The notes beneath the pieces are model-generated. The model saw nothing but the letters and a program-made list of their open reading frames with translations, made no database searches and was not told the origin of the DNA. This document shows positions 30,588-41,331 of a stretch of DNA of 64,000 nucleotides, piece after piece (position 1 is the stretch's first letter; the number at the start of each line of letters is the position of its first letter). A program made the translations under genes and the position numbers. The stretch comes from Leptolyngbyaceae cyanobacterium (GTDB lineage: Bacteria > Cyanobacteriota > Cyanobacteriia > Phormidesmidales > Phormidesmidaceae), in contig CBDHHL010000056.1 in the NCBI GenBank assembly GCA_965263355.1, positions 96,001 through 160,000 of the forward strand. The letters are read 5' to 3'.

Positions 30588-30834
30588 ATGCAATTATAAC
30601 CAGGTAACCAGGCAACGGTCCCGGATAAAAGCGGACCAGGCACTACCCCAGTCTAAAGCTGAAATGTAGGCACTGTCAGAACTCCTTGGCATCCATGCCG
30701 ATCATCTGTCCGGTTCGCTGGGGCTGTACAAAGACTATGGCGCTGAGGTGGGTGCGATCGCGCACGCGTTGACTTGCCAGTTCGCACTTACCCACGTTCA
30801 AAGATAGGCAAACACCCTTATAAGGAGACGATTC

Positions 30835-31815
30835 ATGGTAACCGAAAACATTTATAATACCGTGCCCGTAACCGTTTTGACCGGCTACTTAGGTGCAGGT
30901 AAAACCACCCTACTAAATCGCATTCTCACCCATGAGCATGGCAAAAAAGTAGCCGTAATCGTCAACGAATTTGGAGAGGTGGGCATCGACAATCAGCTGG
31001 TAGTAGATGCCGACGAAGAAGTATTTGAAATGAACAACGGCTGTATCTGTTGCACCGTGCGGGGAGACCTGATTCGCATCATTGGTAACCTGATGAAGCG
31101 CCGCGACAAGTTTGACCATCTAGTAATTGAAACCACAGGACTGGCGGACCCGGCCCCAGTAATCCAAACCTTCTTTGTGGACGATGAGGTGCAGTTGCAA
31201 ACCCGTCTAGATGCAGTCGTAACGGTGGTAGACGCCCGTCATATCTGGCAGCATTGGGAAGCAGAAGAAGCCGTGGAGCAAATTGCCTTTGCCGACGTTA
31301 TTTTGCTCAATAAGATTGACCTGGTCACAGAAGAGGACCTAACAGAACTGGAACAGCGGATTCGAAGCATGAATGCCCTAGCCAAAATCCATCGCACCCG
31401 TGATGCCCAAATCGAAATGGACGCCCTCCTTGGCGTCAGCGCATTTGACCTCAATAACGCCCTACAAATCGACCCAGATTTTCTCGACGAAACCGCCCAT
31501 GACCACGACGAAACCGTCGGTTCAGTTGCTCTGGTAGAGTCAGGGCAACTCGATGGCGACAAACTGGAAGCCTGGATAGGAGAACTACTACGCGACCACG
31601 GACCCGATATTTTTCGCATGAAAGGCATTCTCAACATGGCCGGCGAAGACAACCGATTTGTCTTTCAAGGCGTGCACATGTTGTTTGACGGTCGCCAGGA
31701 CCGCCCCTGGAAACCAGACGAATCCCGCAAAAACGAACTAGTATTTATCGGTCGTAACCTGGAGCAGCTAAATCTAGGCGAGCGCTTTCGCGACTGTTTG
31801 GTAACGAGTCTCTAG
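30835..31815 (+). CDS. COG0523/CobW family zinc metallochaperone GTPase
   Basis: GYLGAGKTT, NEFG, GCICC, ETTG.ADP, NKID, CobW_C RMKG..FQGVH. Confidence 0.93.
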   Translation: MVTENIYNTVPVTVLTGYLGAGKTTLLNRILTHEHGKKVAVIVNEFGEVGIDNQLVVDADEEVFEMNNGCICCTVRGDLIRIIGNLMKRRDKFDHLVIETTGLADPAPVIQTFFVDDEVQLQTRLDAVVTVVDARHIWQHWEAEEAVEQIAFADVILLNKIDLVTEEDLTELEQRIRSMNALAKIHRTRDAQIEMDALLGVSAFDLNNALQIDPDFLDETAHDHDETVGSVALVESGQLDGDKLEAWIGELLRDHGPDIFRMKGILNMAGEDNRFVFQGVHMLFDGRQDRPWKPDESRKNELVFIGRNLEQLNLGERFRDCLVTSL

Positions 31816-31829
31816 GAAACAACGTCATG

Positions 31830-32085
31830 ATTTGAATCTTATGCACTGAATTTCCTGCAGAAATCGATCTAGAACCTTTATAATCGACCCCGCCGTACCC
31901 CTAAACTTGATGCCATTAAGAATAACCTGGTACGGTGGGTTGTAGGGCGGCATCCCGGCCCGGCCCAGGGGAAACTCCAGTATGCCTAAAAGAGATAACT
32001 GAACTATTTCCAGAAAGGGAACACGGAGGGACCCCAAGCAACATCTTAAAACTCCCCACCAACACTTACGCCACGTTTCCTAAAC
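31830..32085. repeat. Dispersed repeat element, copy 2
   Basis: Identical blocks 31937-31957 and 32024-32047 versus copy 1, with an internal insertion of roughly 40 nt. Confidence 0.8.
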
Positions 32086-32114
32086 AGCCTCTCTAGCCAG
32101 TAATACCCAGGACC

Positions 32115-33197
32115 ATGCTGAAAACAAAAAAGCATAAACAAACCGTGCTCAAGCGGCTGTGGGACACTCATCTTTCAGACTACGTAACCACCGTTACCTG
32201 GTCCCCCGATGGCACTCACCTCGCCGCCAGTTCTGGCGCAGGCGAGGTGTTACTCTACACCCCTGAAACAGACAAATCCACCTACCTACAAAGCCCTCAG
32301 GGAGAGTCTGTAGACGCCCTAGCCATCTCCGCCGATAGCCAATTTCTAGCCGCTGGAGGACAGGCCGGTACAGTCTGGATCTGGCAAATTGACAGCGATT
32401 CACCCACACTGCTAACAACTTTAGAACATGCCCGCACCTGGATTGACCGTCTACAATGGCATCCCCACTCACCGGAACTCGCCTTTAGTTTTGGTCGCTA
32501 CGTTCAGGTATGGCATGCCGTTGATCAAACAGTTGTCACCACCTTAAATTTTGAAGACTCTTCTGTGTTAGACCTGGCCTGGCATCCCCAGGGAACAGAG
32601 CTATCACTGGGCGGTAACCAGAGCATCAAAACCTGGCAGTCCCAGGACTGGGACAAGGACCCAGAGGTGAGGGAATTGGGTGGAGCTAGCGTGGCGGTTG
32701 CCTGGTCACCAGACGGCACCTATCTGGCATCGGGCAACAATGATCGGTCGGTTTTGGTGTGGGAAAAAGATCATCCCGCTCCCTGGCGGATGCAGGGATT
32801 TCCTGGCAAAGTGCGACAGTTGGGTTGGTCAAAACCTACGGTAAGGGATGCACCGCTGCTAGCATCGATGAGTGGAGAAGGAATTGTTGTGTGGACAAAA
32901 GCGGCTGATCCATCAGAGGGCTGGACTCCTAAGGTACTGGATTTACATGAGGGGACGGTGCAGGCAATTTCGTTTCGGCCCGGTACTCTATTACTAGCCT
33001 CTGCGGCTGAGGATGGTTGTTTGTATTTGTGGCAAAAGGCCCGTCGGATGGCGCAAGTTTTGGAAGGTGCCTCTAGCGGATTTTCGTGTCTAGATTGGTC
33101 TGCCCAGGGCACAATGCTAGCCGCTGGCGGTAGTGGCGGAGAGCTGTTTGTATGGACCGAAACAACCAAAGGAAAAGGATTTAGAACTCTTAGATAA
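32115..33197 (+). CDS. WD40 repeat protein (COG0523-associated)
   Basis: Repeated W(S/H)P.G..LA, V.(V/I)W blades. Confidence 0.9.
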   Translation: MLKTKKHKQTVLKRLWDTHLSDYVTTVTWSPDGTHLAASSGAGEVLLYTPETDKSTYLQSPQGESVDALAISADSQFLAAGGQAGTVWIWQIDSDSPTLLTTLEHARTWIDRLQWHPHSPELAFSFGRYVQVWHAVDQTVVTTLNFEDSSVLDLAWHPQGTELSLGGNQSIKTWQSQDWDKDPEVRELGGASVAVAWSPDGTYLASGNNDRSVLVWEKDHPAPWRMQGFPGKVRQLGWSKPTVRDAPLLASMSGEGIVVWTKAADPSEGWTPKVLDLHEGTVQAISFRPGTLLLASAAEDGCLYLWQKARRMAQVLEGASSGFSCLDWSAQGTMLAAGGSGGELFVWTETTKGKGFRTLR

Positions 33198-33334
33198 TTT
33201 TTAATGAGTTATCTATTCCATAAAGTAGGATGGATATCATACTCGACACAATGTGTTGCCTTGGCGATATTAGGTAGTTCTTAAAGAGTAGGGCTATCGG
33301 TTGTGATAGCTGTAAGCTAAGGCGTATCTACTCG

Positions 33335-34144
33335 ATGGAGCTAACTATGTTAACTGAGCCTCTCAATCTCAAATCGCTTCAGGCTAAAAAAGCCTTTATC
33401 TGCGATATGGATGGCGTCATTTACCATGGCAATCAGCTACTACCAGGTGTATCTGAGTTTGTCGATTGGCTACACCAGAACAACAAAGCCTTTTTGTTTT
33501 TGACTAATAGTAGTGAGCGATCACCTCGTGAGTTAAAAGAAAAGCTCAGCCGATTAGGTATTGAGGTATCGACCAGCAACTTCTACACCAGCGCCCTAGC
33601 GACTGCTGCCTTTCTTGCTCAGCAAAAGCCTGGTGGCAGCGCTTTTGTGGTGGGAGAACCAGGCTTAATCAACGCTTTATATGAGGCAGGGTTTTCCATC
33701 AACGATACAGCTCCAGATTATGTGGTAGTGGGCGATACTCGTAGCTATAGTTACGAAAAATTAGAACAGGCCTGCTTTTTGGTGCAGAAGGGGGCAAAAC
33801 TGATTGGCACTAACCCAGATGTCACGGCTCCGTCAGAGAAAGGTATTGTTCCAGCAACAGGGGCTCTCATCTCTCCTATTGAGCAGACAACAGGCGTTAA
33901 TGCTTACTACGTGGGGAAACCCAACCCACTAATGATGCGAAACGGTCTCAAGAAGCTAGGAACACTTCGAGAGGACACAGTAATCATTGGAGACCGTATG
34001 GATACGGATATTATTGCGGGCATTGAGTCAGAGATTGAAACGGTGTTGGTGTTTAGCGGTGTTACACAACCAGAAGACCTCCACCGCTTTGCCTATCGGC
34101 CCAACTATCAGGTCTCTGGAGTAGGAGAGATTGTACCGCAGTGA
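33335..34144 (+). CDS. HAD-IIA family hydrolase (NagD-like)
   Basis: DMDGV, LTN.S, TNPD, GKP, IGDRMDTDI. Confidence 0.9.
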   Translation: MELTMLTEPLNLKSLQAKKAFICDMDGVIYHGNQLLPGVSEFVDWLHQNNKAFLFLTNSSERSPRELKEKLSRLGIEVSTSNFYTSALATAAFLAQQKPGGSAFVVGEPGLINALYEAGFSINDTAPDYVVVGDTRSYSYEKLEQACFLVQKGAKLIGTNPDVTAPSEKGIVPATGALISPIEQTTGVNAYYVGKPNPLMMRNGLKKLGTLREDTVIIGDRMDTDIIAGIESEIETVLVFSGVTQPEDLHRFAYRPNYQVSGVGEIVPQ

Positions 34145-34702
34145 GGCGCTATGTTTTAATTCTTCTCAATTGACACGTCCTGCGAGCTATCAGCATCAGT
34201 AATCGTAGATTCCATGGTGTAGCCTCAAGCCGACACCATACAGGGCACACTGACCTGACTTTGTGGCTAGATCCCCGTTATCATACTTTTTGATCATGTA
34301 ATTTCTGTGCTTGCAGAGTAGTGCGGTATACGGTTCTGCCAGCAATACATTGCAACTAAGCTGTGGCATAGGAGTTTGGCTCGTTCCTCGCCCACATCCT
34401 ACGCTATCTCTCATAGAGGACTTATTCTGACTTCCGTAAAGGTTTGCTCTTCTCGAAGAGTATTCACTCCTAGTCGAGATTTTCTGACTTAGGTTGTTAC
34501 CTGATTGAACGACTCCAATTCAATGCTCAGAGGATAGTGACAGTGAGCGCTTAAGGTTGACAGGACAATACTGTTCGGCATAAATCCACGCATCGCCAAT
34601 AACGTTGGTCAGAGAATGGATATATCGTAGGGCAATGTTGGATTTGACAAATTTCTATGCCCAGGGGATAGAAGGTGCAGAAATGATTTGCACGTTTATG
34701 AT

Positions 34703-34719
34703 AAAATGATAATCATTCT
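34703..34719. promoter_or_regulatory. Zur-like (Fur-family) box upstream of the cysS paralog
   Basis: aaaatgat-a-atcattct; the core aatgat/atcatt palindrome is the same as at 30569. Followed by a cataat -10-like hexamer. Confidence 0.7.
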
Positions 34720-34789
34720 CATAATACTGGATGTCTGTCCTAGTTCACCCTTGCGCTCCCATTACTGTTTTTAGTTAACACCATTCTCT

Positions 34790-36094
34790 ATGAACCTCAC
34801 CCTTCATAACACCCTGACAGGCCGAAAGGAGCCATTTGTCTCTATTCATCCGGAACAAGTGGTGATGTATTGCTGTGGTGTGACGGTCTATGACCATTGC
34901 CACTTAGGGCATGCTCGTTCATACATGGGTTGGGATGTGTTGCGACGTTATTTGCAGTGGTGTGGATACACAGTGCGCTATGTGCAGAACTTTACAGATA
35001 TTGACGACAAGATTCTCAATCGTGCCAAGGTAGAAGGGGTAACGATGCAGGAGGTGAGCGATCGCTACATTGCTGCCTATTTTCAAGATATTCGCCGACT
35101 CAATATTCTCGATGCCGATGACTACCCTCGTGTGACAGAGCACATCCCTGCCATTCATCAATTGATCCAGGCACTAGAACAGCAAGGATACGCCTATGCG
35201 ATCGATGGTGATGTTTACTACAGCGTGCGGCAGTTCGAAGAGTATGGCAAGCTCTCTGGACGGAAGCTGGAGCAACTGCAGGCGGGTGCCGGGGGACGGG
35301 TTGCTCCTGATGCTCCAGGCCAAAAGAAGCGCGATCCGTTCGACTTTGCTCTATGGAAATCGGCAAAACCGGGTGAACCTGCCTGGGAGTCGCCTTGGGG
35401 AATGGGACGACCAGGGTGGCACATTGAATGCTCGGCCATGATTCGGGCGCGATTGGGCGAAACCATTGACATTCACGGTGGGGGAGGCGATCTGGTGTTT
35501 CCCCACCATGAAAACGAGATTGCTCAATCAGAAGCGGTAACTGGACAACCGCTAGCGCGTTACTGGCTGCACAATGGGATGGTGACGGTGAATGGGGAAA
35601 AAATGTCGAAATCCCTGGGCAATTTCACTACGATCCGGGACCTGCTGGATGGGGTGTGGGCAGAATATCCGCAACCGATAGACCCGATGGCGGTGCGACT
35701 GTTTGTGCTGCAGGGGCATTATCGGAAACCGTTGGATTTTACGAAGGATGCGATCTCAGCTGCGGTCAACGGTTGGCAAACGCTAAAAGCTGGACTTCTC
35801 TTTGGCAACCATCATCAAGCCGCATTGGCATGGCCAGACATCCAGTCTTTCCCACAGGAACCCAGCTCAGAAGACCCGTGGGTCAAACGGTTCCAAGCCG
35901 CCATGGACGATGATCTGAATACATCAGGTGCTCTGGCGGTGCTGTTTGAGCTGGCCAAAGGGCTGCAGCGAGAGGGGAATCGTCTGGTGCACGAAGGGCA
36001 GACTCAAGTCAGTCCGGAGCTGCTTTGGCAGCAGTGGCAAACTTTGGTGTATCTGGCTCAGGTTGTGGGGTTAGAGTTCGATATATTTACCTAA
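34790..36094 (+). CDS. cysS: Cysteine--tRNA ligase paralog lacking the C-terminal anticodon-binding region
   Basis: [42 protein letters not shown]. Ends at ..GLEFDIFT (434 aa). Confidence 0.85.
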   Translation: MNLTLHNTLTGRKEPFVSIHPEQVVMYCCGVTVYDHCHLGHARSYMGWDVLRRYLQWCGYTVRYVQNFTDIDDKILNRAKVEGVTMQEVSDRYIAAYFQDIRRLNILDADDYPRVTEHIPAIHQLIQALEQQGYAYAIDGDVYYSVRQFEEYGKLSGRKLEQLQAGAGGRVAPDAPGQKKRDPFDFALWKSAKPGEPAWESPWGMGRPGWHIECSAMIRARLGETIDIHGGGGDLVFPHHENEIAQSEAVTGQPLARYWLHNGMVTVNGEKMSKSLGNFTTIRDLLDGVWAEYPQPIDPMAVRLFVLQGHYRKPLDFTKDAISAAVNGWQTLKAGLLFGNHHQAALAWPDIQSFPQEPSSEDPWVKRFQAAMDDDLNTSGALAVLFELAKGLQREGNRLVHEGQTQVSPELLWQQWQTLVYLAQVVGLEFDIFT

Positions 36095-36526
36095 TTTGAG
36101 TGTATTATGTGGACAACTTGCAGCCTATCCACCTGACTTGGCGAGATATACTGCGAAGAATCAATATATTCACCCTGTTTCAGGCAGATAGACTGAAACT
36201 ATCAGTCTAATAAGAGTTAGCTGGCTTTACTTCTATGCGTGTAGAGTTCTGCTAAGTTACTTGAGAGGGACTAATCAGTTACTCCTTAGCGCGCCAAACT
36301 TTGACTATGCATTCTAGATTTAAAGAAGATTTAAACAACTAAGTAGGTGGCCAAAACTATTCAATATCCCGAATACTGCCAGATAGGCAGCTTAGCGATT
36401 CAGAGCTACGTTTACTTATGGCACCTACTTAAGATGTTGAGGCAACATATAATTTGAAAGCCTTACTTAACTTAGGGTTAGGAGTTGATAGAAGAACCGA
36501 GTCCAATAACTAAGTAAAATATTTTT

Positions 36527-37348
36527 ATGGCATTTATCCTCGATCTTGAGCCACTACGTCAAAAACTAGCTATAGGAACTAATTTAAGGGTACTTCGGAA
36601 GGAATGGATGGCTTACCTAGCTTTCTATCTCAAGCCTTACCCTCCTGAGCAGATACGTATTGTCCTATTTGCTCAGGGTCGTACAGGTAGCACACTCCTT
36701 GAAAATCTAACTTGCTCGACAAACAAGTTTCAAGAAAATGGGGAACTACTCTCTTGGCGTAATAGTCCATTTAAACGGAGATTTCTTCTGCCATATCAGT
36801 ATGTTTGCGGCCTTGCTAAACTTTCAAAAAAGAATTTCATATTTCATGTGAAGCTTTATCATCTTACTGAAGAGCAGAAAATCGAGCCATCATTTTTTTT
36901 ACAGAAACTAGCCGAGGCAAGATGGAAGATAATTTATTTACATAGAGAGAATAGAGTTATGCATGTAATATCTAATCTTTTGGCCAAGAAACGTAAGGGT
37001 TACCATAAGTTTAAAGACGACGAAGAAGACTTACGCATAAAAGTTGATCTTAGTCATTTTGTTGCAGGGATTAACAAAAGGGAAAGATACTTTCAGGAGG
37101 AACAAGAATGTCTAAAATCTTTAGAGCATATTGAAATTGTCTATGAAAGAGATCTAAAGGATAGCTCATCACATCAGGAAACAGCTAATAAGATTTTTGA
37201 CTTTCTCGGGATAAGTCATCAGAATGTCAATACAAAACTAAGAAAAATAAATACGCAGTCACTAAAAGATATTGTGATTAACTATAGTGAATTTAGACAA
37301 TGTATTTTCGATAATGGATGGGATATGTTCCTAGAGGAGGAAAGATAA
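36527..37348 (+). CDS. Sulfotransferase (Stf0/NodH-like)
   Basis: GRTGSTLL 5'-PSB loop, GELL, IIYLHREN...ISN 3'-PB motif, YE.DL. Confidence 0.75.
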   Translation: MAFILDLEPLRQKLAIGTNLRVLRKEWMAYLAFYLKPYPPEQIRIVLFAQGRTGSTLLENLTCSTNKFQENGELLSWRNSPFKRRFLLPYQYVCGLAKLSKKNFIFHVKLYHLTEEQKIEPSFFLQKLAEARWKIIYLHRENRVMHVISNLLAKKRKGYHKFKDDEEDLRIKVDLSHFVAGINKRERYFQEEQECLKSLEHIEIVYERDLKDSSSHQETANKIFDFLGISHQNVNTKLRKINTQSLKDIVINYSEFRQCIFDNGWDMFLEEER

Positions 37349-37549
37349 TCTAAACTTCATAAAATATGATTTATCTTCTGATGTGTGGACGTTGATTTTT
37401 TTTAAGTTTCTAACAAGAACATTTGGGATTCAAGAGTAACGAAATATAATAACCCCTAAACTGAAAGTATGTGGAAGACGCTACATCTCTATGATTTTAT
37501 GCTACATATTAAACTTAGCGAGGTGTAGGCGAGAAACTGAATCTTATAA

Positions 37550-37750
37550 CGGCTGGTTAGACCAATATGTTCTCCAATGATCCTTGGTGTAAGTGGACCA
37601 TCTTCCAAAAGATTAAGCGATCGCAAATCATTGCGGTGTATGCCGAAGTGTTCGGAAATTGCATAGTCAATCGCATTGCAGGCCGCATGGATCCTTCGGC
37701 CTGCAATGATTAAGGTTTCGAGGTTTTTACTGTCATTCAAAATATTTGCC
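37550..37750 (-). pseudogene. Truncated MarR family regulator fragment
   Basis: AIDYAISEHFGIHRNDLRSLNLLEDGPLTP..IGEHIGLTS, after which homology is lost. Confidence 0.55.
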
Positions 37751-37856
37751 TTGACGATCAAGATTCTTTGGGCTCTACTTGTATCAAGTATGGACAACTT
37801 GCATTAAGGAATGGGTGTCAAGATATAGCCGTCATCAATCTTGAATGGAGAAATAA

Positions 37857-38120
37857 ATGGGAATTGTTCTGTCTGGGGTGATCTGGCTCGTCGTTTTATT
37901 ACTCATGCTAGTGATCTTTCTGCCTAATGCTGTCCGAGATTCAGAGAAGATTGTTGTTAACGTCCCAGCCGAGCAAGTGTATGACAATATCCGATGGCAA
38001 GCGAGACTGATGCAATGGTCTCCATGGCCTGAAGCAACTGGCTCAACCTGTTCGGTCGAGAATACGGATGGGAGAGTTGGTGCCCGGACTATCTTTTCAA
38101 GGTTTGAAAACTTATTCTGA
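37857..38120 (+). pseudogene. Truncated SRPBCC/polyketide cyclase-like fragment
   Basis: Signal-like N-terminus, IVVNVPAEQVYD...WSPW, G.VGA; stops early at 87 aa. Confidence 0.55.
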
Positions 38121-38193
38121 ATTACGAAAAGCCCTGTAATGTGCTGGTTTCTTGTTGATCGTTTTTTGATGAAGGGTTAGTGATTTGAGTGAG

Positions 38194-38277
38194 ATCTAAC
38201 AATGCCCATACACTCGATCGAGAGGTTTTCAGTGAGCATTCAAGGTCATTTACGGTGGTTAATGGTCAACGTTAGGC
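38194..38277 (+). other. attC-like integron recombination site (degenerate)
   Basis: R'' atctaac (38194-38200), inner ccat../..atgg arms, R' gttaggc (38271-38277, GTTRRRY). Confidence 0.55.
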
Positions 38278-38370
38278 AATTCATTTTGTCTGGTTTTTCA
38301 AATACCTAAGGAAACTACTTGCCTAGCGATGTACTGATAAGGTAATAATCAAGACAGATAAGGAGGCTAC

Positions 38371-39225
38371 TTGAACAGTTCACTTCGTGTATGGTTAGGC
38401 GCTAAGAAACGTCGAATGAAAAATATCGTCGGGTTGCCTCGCCAAAAAACTTCATCGCCTCCTCCACCGCCCCCAGGACATGTGATTGGTGCGCCTGACT
38501 TTGTCGGCATCGGAGCGCAAAAATCGGGGACCTCGTGGTGGTATCACGTACTAACAGCTCACCAAGGAGTTTATCACCCGTCCTGGATGGACAAATACGT
38601 CCATCCATCCTATCTAAACAAGGAACGTCACTTTTTTGATAGCTTCGCGGAACGCTCTTGGGATCCAAGCCACATTGAAGAGTATCACGCTTGGTTTCCC
38701 CGCCCTGCCGACACTATTACTGGGGAATGGACACCTCGATATCTTTGTGACTTCTGGACCCCACCACTCTTGAAGCAAGCGGCACCTGAAGCCCGAATTC
38801 TTGTCATGCTGCGAGATCCCGTCCAGCGGTTCTTCTCGGGACTTCAACACTCACAGCGTGGCAGTGAGAGATTGACACTGGATAAGTTTAACGAACACGC
38901 AGCACGTGGGCTGTACAGCCAAGGTCTTCACTACTGGTTGAATTGGTTCGACCCCGCTCAGATTCTCGTACTTCAGTACGAGCGTTGCATAGCTGACCCA
39001 ATGCCACAACTTGTCCGCACCTGTAACTTCCTCGGGTTAGATACTACATCACTTAAGGCGTGCGAGAAACGCTTCGGCCTTCGAATCAATGCAGGTCTGC
39101 CAAAGTCAGTATCGCTAAAGTCACATTTGGTCGAGCCCCTTAGAGAGTACTATCGAGCCGATATCCTCAGTTTGGTCGAGTCTTTCCCATCCATTGATCC
39201 AACTCTGTGGCTGGAATCCCGTTAA
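38371..39225 (+). CDS. Sulfotransferase (Sulfotransfer_1/3 family)
   Basis: PDFVGIGAQKSGTS, KE.HFFD, GEWTP.Y, LRDPV.RF.S, RG.Y. The start may be ATG 38416. Confidence 0.85.
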   Translation: MNSSLRVWLGAKKRRMKNIVGLPRQKTSSPPPPPPGHVIGAPDFVGIGAQKSGTSWWYHVLTAHQGVYHPSWMDKYVHPSYLNKERHFFDSFAERSWDPSHIEEYHAWFPRPADTITGEWTPRYLCDFWTPPLLKQAAPEARILVMLRDPVQRFFSGLQHSQRGSERLTLDKFNEHAARGLYSQGLHYWLNWFDPAQILVLQYERCIADPMPQLVRTCNFLGLDTTSLKACEKRFGLRINAGLPKSVSLKSHLVEPLREYYRADILSLVESFPSIDPTLWLESR

Positions 39226-39372
39226 CGATGAATTAGCCCTCAAAGGAGTACTTTGTAAGTCAAACCGAGAAAATTTTCGATTATCTATCTTGGCGATGAT
39301 GATGAGTGAATGGCCTCCTCTAGAAAGTTGGTTTCAGTAGATTCCTTCTAGGAAATTAAGAGAGCTTTAGAT

Positions 39373-39933
39373 ATGAAAAAAAAATCTAAACCAAAGATAT
39401 TTAGTAAGTGCAAGTTTGTACTACTTATCCTGCTATTAATCATGGGATTGACTATACCCTACGGTCTTAAATTTTTATCGCCTCGTTTGGAGCCTTATCC
39501 AGCAATTATTTTTCCTGCTGGATCCGGAACGGTTAGACAGTCTGAGGGTAAGTTTAGATTTAGAACTATTAATATTTACTGCCTTGATTTATCGACGGAG
39601 GAGTGGATGAAACAAGACACATCTAGCTTCTTATCACCAATTCCTCGTCGGTATTTTAGCGCTATCGTAAAGAATGAATTTGGGCTAAACCCTAATTTAA
39701 AGCATACGGTAAAGTTTAGAAAAAACATTTTTCCGAGCTTTACTTATATGAACTCTAATGCTTTGGATGCAGCAAACATAGACCGTACTAAAGCGTGGCT
39801 TAGAGGTAAGCTTCTAAAACATGGGTGCAAAGATGACTCCTTGTTAATAAGAACAACACTGATGTCAGCGAATTTAAAAACTAAAGTGGTTTCTGAAATT
39901 AAGATTATGGATGAACAACTCTTTAAGTTATGA
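39373..39933 (+). CDS. Hypothetical membrane-anchored protein (partner of the HTTM-like gene)
   Basis: N-terminal TM, LEPYPAIIFP; ATGA overlap with the next gene. Confidence 0.65.
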   Translation: MKKKSKPKIFSKCKFVLLILLLIMGLTIPYGLKFLSPRLEPYPAIIFPAGSGTVRQSEGKFRFRTINIYCLDLSTEEWMKQDTSSFLSPIPRRYFSAIVKNEFGLNPNLKHTVKFRKNIFPSFTYMNSNALDAANIDRTKAWLRGKLLKHGCKDDSLLIRTTLMSANLKTKVVSEIKIMDEQLFKL

Positions 39934-41051
39934 AAAGCCCTGTTCTATTTGCTGAAAAAATCATCAAGAAGATCCTTACAAGAATTCAGAGATCAGTCCC
40001 CATCCCCGAATGGCATTCATCAATTTTCCGAATATTTCTTGGGATATACATTCTTCTTTTTTCCATTTCCGAATTTGGATGGATAAATGACGTTCCTAAA
40101 AGTTTATTTAACCCTCCTCTTATTAGCTTGTCTAGATTATTTTCTGGTTTTCCGTCTGGAATTCTATTTTATCTAAACATTCTGATTGTCTTGTTTGCAG
40201 TATTCATCACATTAGGTATTCGTTCACGAGCTTCAAGTCTTACCTTTGTCGTAATTAATATATTTGGCGATTCATTCATATATAGTTTTGGCAAAATAGA
40301 TCATGGCGGAGTCATGCTGATAGCGACTCTTGTTTGCTTCTCATTTTCAAATTGGGGAACTAAGAATGCTCTCATCCCAGATAAGTATTGCCCATATCAC
40401 AAACTCTCTAGTGTGCTACTAGCCATATTATTGGCATTTGGGATGTTTACAGCAGGATTTGAAAAGCTCATATTCTGGGTAGATTTTGACTTAAGCACTA
40501 ACGGGTTTTTAAGCTGGTTCTACCCTGGATACTTTAATTTGGGTAAGCAAGAACTTTTGGCTAATTTAGTCTTCTATCTTCCTACACCATTTCTAGAGAT
40601 ACTTGATTATTCCGCTGTCATATTTGAACTAGCACCCTTTTTATGCTTGATAGCTGGTGCCCGCTTTTGGAAGTCTTGGCTCTTACTAGCTTGTGTATTT
40701 CATCTAGCGAACGCATGTCTCTTAAATATTACGTTTCTTAACCACCTTCCAATATATTGTGCTTTCTTTCTGTATCCAACGCTAGATCGAGCAAAGCTTG
40801 AGAAGACTATGCAAATGAAGAGGCTGATAAGGTTTACTTATATTTTAGCTATTTTATTAGGTGCCATGCATATTGCTCTTCGGCTTAGGGGGGATGGTGT
40901 TGCCTCTCTTTTAATATCTGCCGATGGTATCTCAAAACTTTGGTTCTCTTTAATCCTTTGGCCTGGAGCAATTATTCTAGGTTTTCTTGGCTTATTTTCT
41001 CACCACAGAAAACCTTTTAACCTCTTCAACTTGAACCATGAGAAATCATGA
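39930..41051 (+). CDS. HTTM-like multi-pass membrane protein
   Basis: FRIFLG, LG..SR, YSFGKIDH, F.AG..K, FE, FHL.N motifs. Confidence 0.6.
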   Translation: MKSPVLFAEKIIKKILTRIQRSVPIPEWHSSIFRIFLGIYILLFSISEFGWINDVPKSLFNPPLISLSRLFSGFPSGILFYLNILIVLFAVFITLGIRSRASSLTFVVINIFGDSFIYSFGKIDHGGVMLIATLVCFSFSNWGTKNALIPDKYCPYHKLSSVLLAILLAFGMFTAGFEKLIFWVDFDLSTNGFLSWFYPGYFNLGKQELLANLVFYLPTPFLEILDYSAVIFELAPFLCLIAGARFWKSWLLLACVFHLANACLLNITFLNHLPIYCAFFLYPTLDRAKLEKTMQMKRLIRFTYILAILLGAMHIALRLRGDGVASLLISADGISKLWFSLILWPGAIILGFLGLFSHHRKPFNLFNLNHEKS

Positions 41052-41331
41052 ATGTTGTCTAACATAGTCCCTGAGGCGGACGAGGTCAATAGCAAAGGCT
41101 AAACTTCTTTTTCTAGTTAAGCTTGAGTCTGTATTCAGACATGCAGGATTAACCTGATACTCAGTTGTTCAGGGAGGAGATTGTTCTCTCTCAGAGAGGG
41201 CTGCTTTGCTGTATGACCGTGAATACGGGTTAGCTGTTCATCGGATATTGCTCCAAGTGATTACATCGAGTGCTCGATCTTGTTGTTGTAGTTGTAGTAG
41301 TTGTTGTTATCTGCCTTTAAAGTATTACTTG

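Noticed and set aside
37544..37562. tataac/gttagac as an attC or secondary integrase site truncating the MarR fragment
   Set aside because: Too short for an attC, and the homology break does not coincide with the GTT crossover position.
41068..41092. Junction promoter formed on IS110 circularisation
   Set aside because: A TTGACC -35 is present on the minus strand, but the other end supplies no convincing -10 at 16-18 nt spacing, so it is not claimed.
41279..41310. GTT/GTA trinucleotide run inside the IS110 downstream end
   Set aside because: A simple low-complexity tract with no evidence of function.
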